Positions 13,901 to 30,300 of a stretch of 64,000 nt of DNA are shown piece by piece. The DNA is from the human T2T-CHM13v2.0 reference genome, Homo sapiens, in the NCBI RefSeq assembly GCF_009914755.1, contig NC_060940.1. One strand, 5' to 3'. Position numbers and translations under genes: made by a program. The notes beneath the pieces are model-generated. The model was given only the letters and a program-made list of their open reading frames with translations. It did not search any database and had not been told where the DNA came from. Each line of letters starts with the position of its first letter. Positions within the stretch are counted from its first letter, which is position 1.

Positions 13901-15390
13901 CATTCCATTCCATTCGATGATTCCGTTTGATTCCATTCGATGATTCCCTTCGATTCCTTTCTTTGATGATTCCATTCCATTCCATTCAATGATTCCATTC
14001 GAATCTATTCCATGATGATTCCTTTCGATTCCATTCGCTGATGTTTCCGTTCAATTCCATTCGATGATGATTCCATTCGATTCCATTCATTGAGGATTCC
14101 ATTTGATTCCATTCAATGATGATTCCATTCTATTCCATTCAATGATTGTATTCAATTCCATTCAATGATTATCCCCTTAGAGTAAACTCAACGATTCCAT
14201 TCAATACCATTCGATGATGATTCCTTTTGAGTCCATTCAATGATTTCATTCAAGTCCATTTGATGATTCCTTTCAATTCCATTCTATGATGATTCCATTC
14301 GAGTCCATTCGATGATTCCATTCAATTGCATTCGATGATTCCATTATATTCCAGTCAACGATGATTCCATTCGAGTCCATTCGATGATTCCATTAGAGTA
14401 CATTTAATGATTGCTTTGTTTTCAATTCGAAGATGATTACATTGGATTCCATTCTATGATACCATTCGATTCCATTCAATGATGATTCCACTCAAATCCA
14501 TTGGATGATTCCATTCGTGTCCGTTCGGTGATTTCATTAGATTCCATTCGAGGATGATTCCATTCGATTCCATTCTATGATTCCATTCAATTCCATTCGA
14601 TGATGATTCCATTCCAGTCCATATGATCATTCCATTTGATTTCATTCGATGATGATTCCATTCGATTCCATTCGATGATTCCATTCTATTCCATTCGATG
14701 ATGATTCCATTCGAGTCCATTCGATGATTCCATTCGAGTCCATTTAATGATTCCATTGGGTTCAATTCAATGATGATTACATTGGATTCCGTTCTATGAT
14801 TCCATTCAATTCCGTTCATTGACAATTTGATTCCATTCGATGATGATTCCATTTGAGTTCATTCGATGATTCTATTCGATTCTCTTCGATGGTGATTCAA
14901 TTCTATTATATTGGATGATTCCATTCGATTCCATTTGATGTTGATTCAATTCGATTCTATTCGATGATGATTCCATTGGATTTCACTTGATGATTCTATT
15001 CGATTCCATTCAATGATGATTCACTTCTCGTCCATTGGATGATTCCATTTCATTCCATTCGATGATGATTCCATTCGATTCCATTCGATGATTCCATTCG
15101 ATTCCATGCGACGGTGAGCAATTCGATTCAATTCCATGATGATTCTATTTGATTCAATTAGATGATGTTTCCATTCGAATCCATTCCATGATTATTCCAT
15201 TGGAATCCATTTGGCGATGATTCCATATGAGTCAATTCAATGATGATTCCATATGGGTCCGTTCGATGATAATTCCATTTGATTTCATTCGATGCTTCTA
15301 TTCAATTCCAGTCGATGATGATTCCGTTGGAGTCCATACGATGATTCCATTTGATTTCATTTGATGATGATTCCATTCGATGATGATTCC
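10950..15390 (+). repeat. Deleted unit A-B-C-D-E (~4.5 kb; F, G, H missing)
   Basis: A 11156 to A 15663 is 4507 bp. E to A is 1209 bp here versus 2765 bp in complete units (18986 to 21751). Junction at about 15388. Confidence 0.87.
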
Positions 15391-18300
15391 ATTCGAGTCC
15401 ATTTGATGATTCCATTCAATTCAAGTCAATGATGATTCCATTCGATTCCATTCGATGATTCCATTGGATTCCATTCGATGATGATTCCATTCAAATCCAT
15501 TCGATAATTCAATTCAAGTCCATTCGATGATGATTCCAATCGAATCCATTCAAAGATTCCATTCAGTTCCATTCGATGATTTCCTTAGATTCCATTCGAT
15601 GATTCCACTTGATTCCATTTATGATGACTCCATTCGATTCCATGTGATGATTCCATTCAATTCTATTCAATGATGTTTCCATTTGATTCCATTCGACCAT
15701 GATTGCCTTTGATTCCATTCAATGATTCCATTCGGTTCCTTTTGATGATGATTCCGTTCGATTCCATTTGATGATTCCATTTGATTCCATTGGATGAGTC
15801 CATTCGATTACATTCGATGATTATTCCATTCGAGTGCATTAGATGATTATATTCGAGTCCATTCGATGATTCCATTCGATTCCATTCGATGTTGATTCTG
15901 TTCAAATCCATTCGATGATTCCACTCGATTCCATTCGATGACTCCATTTGATCCCATTCGATGATTTCCTTTGATTCCCTTTGATGATCATTCTATTTGA
16001 TTCAATTCGGTGATTTCATTTGATTCCATTCAGTGATGTTTCCATTCGACTCCATTCGATGATGATTCCATTCGAGTCCATTCGATTATGATTTCATTCA
16101 ATTCCATTCGATAATGATTCCCTTCGAGTGCATTCGATGATTCCATTCGATTCCATTCAACGATGATTTGATTCGTGTCCATTCGATGATTCCATTTGAT
16201 TCCACTTGATGATGATTCCATTCGAGTCCATTTGATGATTCCATTCAATTCCATTCTCCGATGATTTCTTTTGAGCCCATTCAATGCTTCCACTCGATTC
16301 CATATGATGATGACTCCATTCGATGAAATTCGATGATGATTCCATTCGCTTGCGTTCGATGATGATTCCACTTGAGTCCGTTAGAAGATTCTATTCAATT
16401 ACATTCCATGACGATTCCGTTCGAGTCCATTTGATGATTCCATTAGACTCCATTCGACGATGATTCCATTCGATGTTATTCGATGATTCCATTCGATCTC
16501 ATTCGATGATGATTCCATTCAACTCCATTCGATGTTTCCATTCGAGTTCATTCTATTATTCCATTAGATTCCATTCGATGATGATTCCATTCGATTCCAT
16601 TTGATGATTGCATTCTATTTCATTTGATGATGATTCCATTCGAGTCCACTCGATGATTCCATTCGAGTCCATTTAATGAATCCATTGGTTTCAATTCTAT
16701 GATGATTACATTGGATTCCATTCTTTGATGATTTCATTCGGTTCCATTCAATGATGATTCCATTCAATTCCTTTCAATGTTTCCATTCAATTCCATACGA
16801 TGATGATTCCATTTGATTTGATTCGACAGTGAGCCATTCGATTCAATTCCATGATGATTCTATTTGATTCAATTGGTTGACATTTCCATTCGATTCCATT
16901 CGATGATGATTCCCTTTGATTCCATTCAAAGATGATTCCATTCTAGCCCATTCAATCATTCCATTCGATTCTATTCAATGATGATTCCATTCATGTCGAT
17001 TTGGTGATTCCATTTGACTTCATTTGATGATGATTCCTTTAAAGTTCATTAGATGATTCCATTCGATTCCATTTGATGATGATCCCATTCGAGTCCATTT
17101 GATGATTCCATTCGTTTCCATTCCATGATGATTCCATTCCATTCCATTCAGTGATTCCATTCGATTCCGTTTGGTGATGATTTCATTCGAGTCCATTTGA
17201 TGATTCCATTTGATTCCATTCGATGATGATTCCATTCGAGTCCATTCGATGATTCTATTCGAATCCACTTGATGATTTCTTTTGATTACAGTTGGTGATG
17301 ATTCCATTGGAGTCCATTCAATGATTCCATTCGATTCCAATCGATGGTGATTCCATTAGAGTCCATTTAATGATTCCATTTGATTCCAGTCTCTGATGAT
17401 TACATTCGAGTCCATACGATGATTCCACTCAATTCCATATGATGATGATTCCATTCGATTCCATTCGATGATTCCATTCTATTCTATTCAATGGTGATTC
17501 CATTCGAGTACATTAGATGATTCCATTCGATTCCATTCAATGATGATTCTATTTGTGTCCCTTAGATGATTCCACATGATTCCATTAGATGATGATACTA
17601 TTTGAGCCCATCCAATGATTCCCTTCGATTCCATTCGATGAGGATTCCATTCGATTCAATTCATTGGTGATTCTATTCAATTCAATTCTTTGATTCCATT
17701 GCATTCCATTCGGCAATGATTCCATTCGATTTCTTTCGATGATTCCACTCAATTCCACTTGACATTGATTCCCCTCGATTCCATTCAATGATTCCATTTG
17801 ATTCCAGTGGATGATGATTGCCATCGATTCCATTCGATCACTCCATTCTATTCCATTTGATGATGATTACATTCGATTCCATTTGATGATTCCATCTGAT
17901 TCTATTCGAGGATTCCATTTGATTCCATTCGATGATGATTCCATTCGAGTCCATTCGATGATTTCATTCGAGTACATCCAATGATTCCATTCGAGTCCAT
18001 TTGATGATTCCATTTGATTCCATTTGATAATGATTCTACTAGAGTCCATTCAATGACTCCATTGGAGTCCATTCAACAATTCCATTCGACTCCATTCGAT
18101 GATTCCATTCGAGTCCATTTAATCATTACAGTCGAGTCCATTTGGTGATTCCACTGGATTTCTTTTGATAATGATACCATTCAATTACATTTGATGATGA
18201 TCCCATTCAATTTCATTTGATGATGATTCCATTAGAGTCCATTCGATGATTTCATTCGAGTCCCTTCATTGATTCCATCCGATTTCATTGGATGATGACT

Positions 18301-21300
18301 CCATTCGAGTCCATTCGATGATTCCACTCGATTCCATTAGATGATTCCATTGGAGTCCATTTGATTGTTCCATTCGATTCCATTCGATTCCTTTCGAAGA
18401 TTATTCCATTTGAGTCCATTCGATGATGATTCCATTCCATTCCATTCGATGATTCCGTTTGATTCCATTCGATGATTCCCTTCGATTCCTTTCTTTGATG
18501 ATTCCATTCCATTCCATTCAATGATTCCATTCGAATCTATTCCATGATGATTCCTTTCGATTCCATTCGCTGATGTTTCCGTTCAATTCCATTCGATGAT
18601 GATTCCATTCGATTCCATTCATTGAGGATTCCATTTGATTCCATTCAATGATGATTCCGTTCTATTCCATTCAATGATTGCATTCAATTCCATTCAATGA
18701 TTATCCCCTTAGAGTAAACTCAACGATTCCATTCAATACCATTCGATGATGATTCCTTTTGAGTCCATTCAATGATTTCATTCAAGTCCATTTGATGATT
18801 CCTTTCAATTCCATTCTATGATGATTCCATTCGAGTCCATTCGATGATTCCATTCAATTGCATTCGATGATTCCATTATATTCCAGTCAACGATGATTCC
18901 ATTCGAGTCCATTCGATGATTCCATTAGAGTACATTTAATGATTGCTTTGTTTTCAATTCGAAGATGATTACATTGGATTCCATTCTATGATACCATTCG
19001 ATTCCATTCAATGATGATTCCACTCAAATCCATTGGATGATTCCATTCGTGTCCATTCGGTGATTTCATGAGATTCCATTCGAGGATGATTCCATTCGAT
19101 TCCATTCGATGATTCCATTCAATTCCATTCGATGATGATTCCATTCCAGTCCATATGATCATTCCATTTGATTTCATTCGATGATGATTCCATTCGATTC
19201 CATTCGATGATTCCATTCTATTCCATTCGATGATGATTCCATTCGAGTCCATTCGATGATTCCATTCGAGTCCATTTAATGATTCCATTGGGTTCAATTC
19301 AATGATGATTACATTGGATTCCGTTCTATGATTCCATTCAATTCCGTTCATTGACAATTTGATTCCATTCGATGATGATTCCATTTGAGTTCATTCGATG
19401 ATTCTATTCGATTCTCTTCGATGGTGATTCAATTCTATTATATTGGATGATTCCATTCGATTCCATTTGATGTTGATTCAATTCGATTCTATTCGATGAT
19501 GATTCCATTGGATTTCACTTGATGATTCTATTCGATTCCATTCAATGATGATTCACTTCTCGTCCATTGGATGATTCCATTTCATTCCATTCGATGATGA
19601 TTCCATTCGATTCCATTCGATGATTCCATTTGATTCCATGCGACGGTGAGCAATTCGATTCAATTCCATGATGATTCTATTTGATTCAATTAGATGATGT
19701 TTCCATTCGAATCCATTCCATGATTATTCCATTGGAATCCATTTGGCGATGATTCCATATGAGTCAATTCAATGATGATTCCATATGGGTCCGTTCGATG
19801 ATAATTCCATTTGATTTCATTCGATGCTTCTATTCAATTCCAGTCGATGATGATTCCGTTGGAGTCCATACGATGATTCCATTTGATTTCATTTGATGAT
19901 GATTCCATTCGATGATGATTACATTGGATTCCATTCTATGATTCCATTCAATTCCATTCGTTGATGATTCGATTCCATTCAATGATGATTCCATTTGAGT
20001 TCATTCGATGATTCTATTCGATTCCGTTCGATGGTGATTCAATTCTATTATATTGGATGATTCCACTCGATTCCATTTGATGATTATTCCATTGGAGTCC
20101 ACTTAGTGAATCCTTTAGATTCTACTCGAAGATGATTCCATTCGAGTCCATTCGATGATACCATTCAATTCCATTCGTTGATGCTTCCATTCAAGTGCAT
20201 TCGATGATATCATTCGATTCCATTTGATGATAATTCCATTTGATTCCATGCGATGATTCTATTCGATTCCATTCAATGATAATTCCATTCAATTCAGTGA
20301 TTCCTCTGGACTCCATTTGATGATGATTCCATTCAATGATTCCATTCGATTCTATTCCAAAATGATTCCATTTGAATCCATTTGATGATGATTCCATTAG
20401 ATTCCATTTGATGATTCCATTCGATTCCATTCGACGATGATTCCATTCGATTCCGTTTGATGATTCCATTCTATTCTATTCGATGATGATTCCATTCGAT
20501 TCCATTCGATGATGATTGGATTCGATTCCATTTGATGATTTCATTAGATTCCATTCGTTAATGATTTCGATCAATTCCATTCGATGATTCCATTCGATTC
20601 CATTCGATAATGATTACATCCGAGTCCATCGATGATTCCATTTGAGCCTGTTCGATAATTCCATTTGAGTCCAACCAATGATTCCATTCATTTCCATTCA
20701 ATGATTCCATTCGAGTCCATTTGATCATTCCGGTAGGGTCCATTCGATGTTGATTCCATTGGAGTGCATTCGATGATTCCATTCGAGTCCATTTTATGAT
20801 TTGATTCGAGTCCTTTCGATGATTCCATTCGATTCCACTCGATGATGATTTCATTCGAGTCCATTTGACACTTCCAATCGATTCCATTTGATGTTTCCAT
20901 TCGAGTCCAATTGATGATTCCATTCAATTCCATTCGATGATGATTCCGTACGATTCCATTCTGTGATGATTCCATGTGATTGCATTCAATGATGATTCCT
21001 TTCTATTGCATTCGATTATGATTCATTTCGTGTTCATTCTATGGTTCCACAGGTTTCCATTCGTGTCCATTCCATTATTCCATTCTATTCCATTTGGTGA
21101 TGATTCCATTCGATTCCATTCATTGGTGATTCCACTCAATTCCATTCAATGATTCCATTCCATTTCTTTCAACAATGATTCCATTACTTTCTAATCGATG
21201 ATCCACTTGATTCCATTTGACGACGATTCCATTCTTGTCCATTCGATGATTCCATTTGATTCCATATGATGATGATTCCATTCGATTCCATACCATGATG

Positions 21301-24300
21301 ATTCCTTTCGAGTCCATTCAATGGTGATTCCATTCAATTCCATTCGATGATTCCTTTCGATTCCATTCGATGATGATGGCATTCGATTCCTTTCAATCAT
21401 TCCATTTGATTCCATTCAAAGGTGATTTCATTCAAGTCCATTCGATAATTGCATTCGATTCCATTCTATGATGATTCCATTCGAGTCCATTTGATGATTC
21501 CATTCAATTCAAGTCAATGATGATTCCATTCGATTCCATTCGATGATTCCATTGGATTCCATTCGATGATGATTCCATTCAAATCCATTCCATAATTCAA
21601 TTCAAGTCCATTCGATGATGATTCCAATCGAATCCATTCAAAGATTCCATTCAGTTCCATTCGATGATTCCCTTAGATTCCATTCGATGATTCCACTTGA
21701 TTCCATTTACGATGATTCCATTCGATTCCATGTGATGATTCCATTCAATTCTATTCAATGATGTTTCCATTTGATTCCATTCGACTATGATTGCCTTTGA
21801 TTCCATTTAATGATTCCTTTCGGTTCCTTTTGATGATGATTCCGTTCGATTCCATTTGATGATTCCATTTGATTCCATTGGATGAGTCCATTCGATTACA
21901 TTCGATGATTATTCCATTCGAGTGCATTAGATGATTCCATTCGAGTCCATTCGATGATTCCATTCGATTCCATTCGATGTTGATTCTGTTCAAATCCATT
22001 CGATGATTCCACTCGATTCCATTCGATGACTCCAGTTGATCCCATTCGATGATTTCCTTTGATTCCCTTTGATGATCATTCCATTTGATTCAAATCGGTG
22101 ATTTCATTTGATTCCATTCAGTGATGTTTCCATTCGACTCCATTCGATGATGATTCCATTCGACTCCATTCGATTATGATTTCATTCAATTCCATTCGAT
22201 AATGAATCCCTTCGAGTCCATTCGATGATTCCATTCGATTCCATTCAACGATGATTTGATTCGTGTCCATTCGATGATTCCATTTGATTCCACTTGATGA
22301 TGATTCCATTCGAGTCCATTTGATGATTCCATTCAATTCCATTCTCCGATGATCTCTTTTGAGCCCACTCAATGCTTCCACTCGATTCCATATGATGATG
22401 ACTCCATTCGATGAAATTCGATGATGATTCCATTCGCTTGCGTTCGATGATGATTCCACTTGAGTCCGTTAGAAGATTCTATTCAATTACATTCCATGAC
22501 GATTCCGTTCGAGTCCATTTGATGATTCCATTAGACTACATTCGACGATGATTCCATTCGATGTTATTCGATGATTCCATTCGATCTCATTCGATGATGA
22601 TTCCATTGAACTCCATTCGATGTTTCCATTCGAGTTCATTCTATTATTCCATTAGATTCCATTCGATGATGATTCCATTCGATTCCATTTGATGATTGCA
22701 TTCTATTTCATTTAATGATGATTCCATTCGAGTCCACTCGATGATTCCATTCGAGTCCATTTAATGAATCCATTGGTTTCAATTCTATGATGATTACTTT
22801 GGATTCCATTCGTTGATGATTTCATTCGGTTCCATTCAATGATGATTCCATTCAATTCCTTTCAATGTTTCCATTCAATTCCATACGATGATGATTCCAT
22901 TTGATTTGATTCGACAGTGAGCCATTCGATTCAATTCCATGATGATTCTATTTGATTCAATTGGTTGACATTTCCATTCGATTCCATTCGATGATGATTC
23001 CCTTTGATTCCATTCAAAGATGATTCCATTCTAGCCCATTCAATCATTCCATTCGATTCTATTCAATGATGATTCCATTCATGTCGATTTGGTGATTCCA
23101 TTTGACTTCATTTGATGATGATTCCTTTCAAGTTCATTAGATGATTCTATTCGATTCCATTTGATGATGATCCCATTCGAGTCCATTCAGTGATTCCATT
23201 CGTTTCCATACCATGATGATTCCATTCCATTCCATTCAATGATTCCATTCGATTCCGTTTGATGATGATTTCATTCGAGTCCATTTGATGATTCCATTTG
23301 ATTCCATTCGATGATGATTCCATTCGAGTCCATTCGATGATTCTACCCGAATCCACTTCATGATTTCTTTTGATTATAGTTGGTGATGATTCCATTGGAG
23401 TCCATTCAATGATTCCATTCGATTCCAATCGATGGTGATTCCATTAGAGTCCATTTAATGATTCCATTTGATTCCAGTCTCTGATGATTACATTCGAGTC
23501 CATACGATGATTCCACTCAATTCCATATGATGATGATTCCATTCGATTCCATTCGATGATTCCATTCTATTCTATTCAATGGTGATTCCATTCGAGTACA
23601 TTAGATGATTCCATTCGATTCCATTCAATGATGATTCTATTTGTGTCCCTTAGATGATTCCACATGATTCCATTAGATGATGATACTATTTGAGCCCATC
23701 CAATGATTCCCTTCGATTCCATTCGATGAGGATTCCATTCGATTCAATTCATTGGTGATTCTATTCAATTCAATTCTTTGATTCCATTGCATTCCATTCG
23801 ACAATGATTCCATTCGATTTCTTTCGATGATTCCACTCGATTCCACTTGACATTGATTCCCTTCGATTCCATTCAATGATTCCATTTGATTCCAGTGGAT
23901 GATGATTGCCATCGATTCCATTCGATCACTCCATTCTATTCCATTTGATGATGATTACATTCGATTGCATTTGATGATTCCATCTGATTCTATTCGAGGA
24001 TTCTATTTGATTCCTTTCGATGATGATTCCATTCGAGTCCATTCGATGATTTCATTCGAGTACATCCAATGATGCCATTCGAGTCCATTTGATGATTCCA
24101 TTTGATAATGATTCTACTAGAGTCCATTCAATGACTCCATTGGAGTCCATTCAACAATTCCATTCGACTCCATTCGATGATTCCATTCGAGTCCATTTAA
24201 TCATTACAGTCGAGTCCATTTGGTGATTCCACTGGATTTCTTTTGATAATGATACCATTCAATTACATTTGATGATGATCCCATTCAATTTCATTTGATG

Positions 24301-27300
24301 ATGATTCCATTAGAGTCCATTCGATGATTTCATTCGAGTCCCTTCATTGATTCCATCCGATTTCATTGGATGATGACTCCATTCGAGTCCATTCGATGAT
24401 TCCACTCGATTCCATTAGATGATTCCATTGGAGTCCATTTGATTGTTCCATTCGATTCCATTCGATTCCTTTCGAAGATTATTCCATTTGAGTCCATTCG
24501 ATGATGATTCCATTCCATTCCATTCGATGATTCCGTTTGATTCCATTCGATGATTCCCTTCGATTCCTTTCTTTGATGATTCCATTCCATTCCATTCAAT
24601 GATTCCATTCGAATCTATTCCATGATGATTCCTTGCGATTCCATTCGCTGATGTTTCCGTTCAATTCCATTCGATGATGATTCCATTCGATTCCATTCAT
24701 TGAGGATTCCATTTGATTCCATTCAATGATGATTCCGTTCTATTCCATTCAATGATTGCATTCAATTCCATTCAATGATTATCCCCTTAGAGTAAACTCA
24801 ACGATTCCATTCAATACCATTCGATGATGATTCCTTTTGAGTCCATTCAATGATTTCATTCAAGTCCATTTGATGATTCCTTTCAATTCCATTCTATGAT
24901 GATTCCATTCGAGTCCATTCGATGATTCCATTCAATTGCATTCGATGATTCCATTATATTCCATTCAACGATGATTCCATTCGAGTCCATTCTATGATTC
25001 CATTAGAGTACATTTAATGATTGCTTTGTTTTCAATTCGAAGATGATTACATTGGATTCCATTCTATGATACCATTCGATTCCATTCAATGATGATTCCA
25101 CTCCAATCCATTGGATGATTCCATTCGTGTCCATTCGGTGATTTCATTAGATTCCATTCGAGGATGATTCCATTCGATTCCATTCGATGATTCCATTCAA
25201 TTCCATTCGATGATGATTCCATTCCAGTCCATATGATCATTCCATTTGATTTCATTCGATGATGGTTCCATTCGATTCCATTCGATGATTCCATTCTATT
25301 CCATTCGATGATGATTCCATTCGAGTCCATTCGATGATTCCATTCGAGTCCATTTAATGATTCCATTGGGTTCAATTCAATGATGATTACATTGGATTCC
25401 GTTCTATGATTCCATTCAATTCCGTTCATTGACAATTTGATTCCATTCGATGATGATTCCATTTGAGTTCATTCGATGATTCTATTCGATTCTCTTCGAT
25501 GGTGATTCAATTCTATTATATTGGATGATTCCATTCGATTCCATTTGATGTTGATTCAATTCGATTCTATTCGATGATGATTCCATTGGATTTCACTTGA
25601 TGATTCTATTCGATTCCATTCAATGATGATTCACTTCTCGTCCATTGGATGATTCCATTTCATTCCATTCGATGATGATTCCATTCGATTCCATTCGATG
25701 ATTCCATTCGATTCCATGCGACGGTGAGCAATTCGATTCAATTCCATGATGATTCTATTTGATTCAATTAGATGATGTTTCCATTCGAATCCATTCCATG
25801 ATTATTCCATTGGAATCCATTTGGCGATGATTCCATATGAGTCAATTCAATGATGATTCCATATGGGTCCGTTCGATGATAATTCCATTTGATTTCATTC
25901 GATGCTTCTATTCAATTCCAGTCGATGATGATTCCGTTGGAGTCCATACGATGATTCCATTTGATTTCATTTGATGATGATTCCATTCGATGATGATTAC
26001 ATTGGATTCCATTCTATGATTCCATTCAATTCCATTCGTTGATGATTCGATTCCATTCAATGATGATTCCATTTGAGTTCATTCGATGATTCTATTCGAT
26101 TCCGTTCGATGGTGATTCAATTCTATTATATTGGATGATTCCACTCGATTCCATTTGATGATTATTCCATTGGAGTCCACTTAGTGAATCCTTTAGATTC
26201 TACTCGAAGATGATTCCATTCGAGTCCATTCGATGATACCATTCAATTCCATTCGTTGATGCTTCCATTCAAGTGCATTCGATGATATCATTCGATTCCA
26301 TTTGATGATAATTCCATTTCATTCCATGCGATGATTCTATTCGATTCCATTCAATGATAATTCCATTCAATTCAGTGATTCCTCTGGACTCCATTTGATG
26401 ATGATTCCATTCAATGATTCCATTCGATTCTATTCCAAAATGATTCCATTTGAATCCATTTGATGATGATTCCATTAGATTCCATTTGATGATTCCATTC
26501 GATTCCATTCGACGATGATTCCATTCGATTCCGTTTGATGATTCCATTCTATTCTATTCGATGATGATTCCATTCGATTCCATTCGATGATGATTGGATT
26601 CGATTCCATTTGATGATTTCATTTGATTCCATTCGTTAATGATTTCGATCAATTCCATTCGATGATTCCATTCGATTCCATTCGATAATGATTACATCCG
26701 AGTCCATCGATGATTCCATTTGAGCCTGTTCGATAATTCCATTTGAGTCCAACCAATGATTCCATTCATTTCCATTCAATGATTCCATTCGAGTCCATTT
26801 GATCATTCCGGTAGGGTCCATTCGATGTTGATTCCATTGGAGTGCATTCGATGATTCCATTCGAGTCCATTTTATGATTTGATTCGAGTCCTTTCGATGA
26901 TTCCATTCGATTCCACTCGATGATGATTTCATTCGAGTCCATTCGACACTTCCAATCGATTCCATTTGATGTTTCCATTCGAGTCCAATTGATGATTCCA
27001 TTCAACTCCATTCGATGATGATTCCGTACGATTCCATTCTGTGATGATTCCATGTGATTGCATTCAATGATGATTCCTTTCTATTGCATTCGATTATGAT
27101 TCATTTCGTGTTCATTCTATGGTTCCACAGGTTTCCATTCGTGTCCATTCCATTATTCCATTCTATTCGATTTGGTGATGATTCCATTCGATTCCATTCA
27201 TTGGTGATTCCACTCAATTCCATTCAATGATTCCATTCCATTTCTTTCAACAATGATTCCATTAGTTTCTAATCGATGATCCACTTGATTCCATTTGACG

Positions 27301-30300
27301 ACGATTCCATTCTTGTCCATTCGATGATTCCATTTGATTCCATATGATGATGATTCCATTCGATTCCATACCATGATGATTCCATTCGAGTCCATTCAAT
27401 GGTGATTCCATTCAATTCCATTCGATGATTCCTTTCGATTCCATTCGATGATGATGGCATTCGATTCCTTTCAATCATTCCCTTTGATTCCATTCAAAGG
27501 TGATTTCATTCAAGTCCATTCGATAATTGCATTCGATTCCATTCTATGATGATTCCATTCGAGTCCATTTGATGATTCCATTCAATTGAAGTCAATGATG
27601 ATTCCATTCGATTCCATTCGATGATTCCATTGGATTCCATTCGATGATGATTCCATTCAAATCCATTCGATAATTCAATTCAAGTCCATTCGATGATGAT
27701 TCCAATCTAATCCATTCAAAGATTCCATTCAGTTCCATTCGATGATTCCCTTAGATTCCATTCGATGATTCCACTTGATTCCATTTACGATGATTCCATT
27801 CGATTCCATGTGATGATTCCATTCAATTCTATTCAATGATGTTTCCATTTGATTCCATTCGACCATGATTGCCTTTGATTCCATTCAATGATTCCATTCG
27901 GTTCCTTTTGATAATGATTCCGTTCGATTCCATTTGATGATTCCATTTGATTCCATTGGATGAGTCCATTCGATTACATTCGATGATTATTCCATTCGAG
28001 TGCATTAGATGATTCCATTCGAGTCCATTCGATGATTCCATTCGATTCCATTCGATGTTGATTCTGTTCAAATCCATTCGATGATTCCACTCGATTCCAT
28101 TCGATGACTCCAGTTGATCCCATTCGATGATTTCCTGTGATTCCCTTTGATGATCATTCCATTTGATTCAATTCGGTGATTTCATTTGATTCCATTCAGT
28201 GATGTTTCCATTCGACTCCATTCGATGATGATTCCATTCGACTCCATTCGATTATGATTTCATTCAATTCCATTCGATAATGATTCCCTTCGAGTCCATT
28301 CGATGATTCCATTCGATTCCATTCAACGATGATTTGATTCGTGTCCATTCGATGATTCCATTTGATTCCACTTGATGATGATTCCATTCGAGTCCATTTG
28401 ATGATTCCATTCAATTCCATTCTCCGATGATTTCTTTTGAGCCCACTCAATGCTTCCACTCGATTCCATATGATGATGACTCCATTCGATGAAATTCGAT
28501 GATGATTCCATTCGCTTGCGTTCGATGATGATTCCACTTGAGTCCGTTAGAAGATTCTATTCAATTACATTCCATGACGATTCCGTTCGAGTCCATTTGA
28601 TGATTCCATTAGACTACATTCGACGATGATTCCATTCGATGTTATTCGATGATTCCATTCGATCTCATTCGATGATGATTCCATTGAACTCCATTCGATG
28701 TTTCCATTCGAGTTCATTCTATTATTCCATTAGATTCCATTCGATGATGATTCCATTCGATTCCATTTGATGATTGCATTCTATTTCATTTAATGATGAT
28801 TCCATTCGAGTCCACTCGATGATTCCATTCGAGTCCATTTAATGAATCCATTGGTTTCAATTCTATGATGATTACATTGGATTCCATTCGTTGATGATTT
28901 CATTCGGTTCCATTCAATGATGATTCCATTCAATTCCTTTCAATGTTTCCATTCAATTCCATACGATGATGATTCCATTTGATTTGATTCGACAGTGAGC
29001 CATTAGATTCAATTCCATGATGATTCTATTTTATTCAATTGGTTGACATTTCCATTCGATTCCATTCGATGATGATTCCCTTTGATTCCATTCAAAGATG
29101 ATTCCATTCTAGCCCATTCAATCATTCCATTCGATTCTACTCAATGATGATTCCATTCATGTCGATTTGGTGATTCCATTTGACTTCATTTGATGATGAT
29201 TCCTTTGAAGTTCATTAGATGATTCTATTCGATTCCATTTGATGATGATCCCATTCGAGTCCATTCAGTGATTCCATTCGTTTCCATACCATGATGATTC
29301 CATTCCATTCCATTCAATGATTCCATTCGATTCCGTTTGATGATGATTTCATTCGAGTCCATTTGATGATTCCATTTGATTCTATTCGATGATGATTCCA
29401 TTCGAGTCCATTCGATGATTCTACCCGAATCCACTTCATGATTTCTTTTGATTATAGTTGGTGATGATTCCATTGGAGTCCATTCAATGATTCCATTCGA
29501 TTCCAATCGATGGTGATTCCATTAGAGTCCATTTAATGATTCCATTTGATTCCAGTCTCTGATGATTACATTCGAGTCCATACGATGATTCCACTCAATT
29601 CCATATGATGATGATTCCATTCGATTCCATTCGATGATTCCATTCTATTCTATTCAATGGTGATTCCATTCGAGTACATTAGATGATTCCATTCGATTCC
29701 ATTCAATGATGATTCTATTTGTGTCCCTTAGATGATTCCACATGATTCCATTAGATGATGATACTATTTGAGCCCATCCAATGATTCCCTTCGATTCCAT
29801 TCGATGAGGATTCTATTCGATTCAATTCATTGGTGATTCTATTCAATTCAATTCTTTGATTCCATTCCATTCCATTCGACAATGATTCCATTCGATTTCT
29901 TTCGATGATTCCACTCGATTCCACTTGACATTGATTCCATTCAATTCCATTCAATGATTCCATTTGATTCCAGTGGATGATGATTGCCATCGATTCCATT
30001 CGATCACTCCATTCTATTCCATTTGATGATGATTACATTCGATTCCATTTGATGATTCCATCTGATTCTATTCGAGGATTCCATTTGATTCCTTTCGATG
30101 ATGATTCCATTCGAGTCCATTCGATGATTTCATTCGAGTACATCCAATGATTCCATTCGAGTCCATTTGATGATTCCATTTGATTCCATTTGATAATGAT
30201 TCTACTAGAGTCCATTCAATGACTCCTTGGAGTCCATTCAACAATTCCATTCGACTCCATTCGATGATTCCATTCCAGTCCATTTGATGATTCCATTCGA

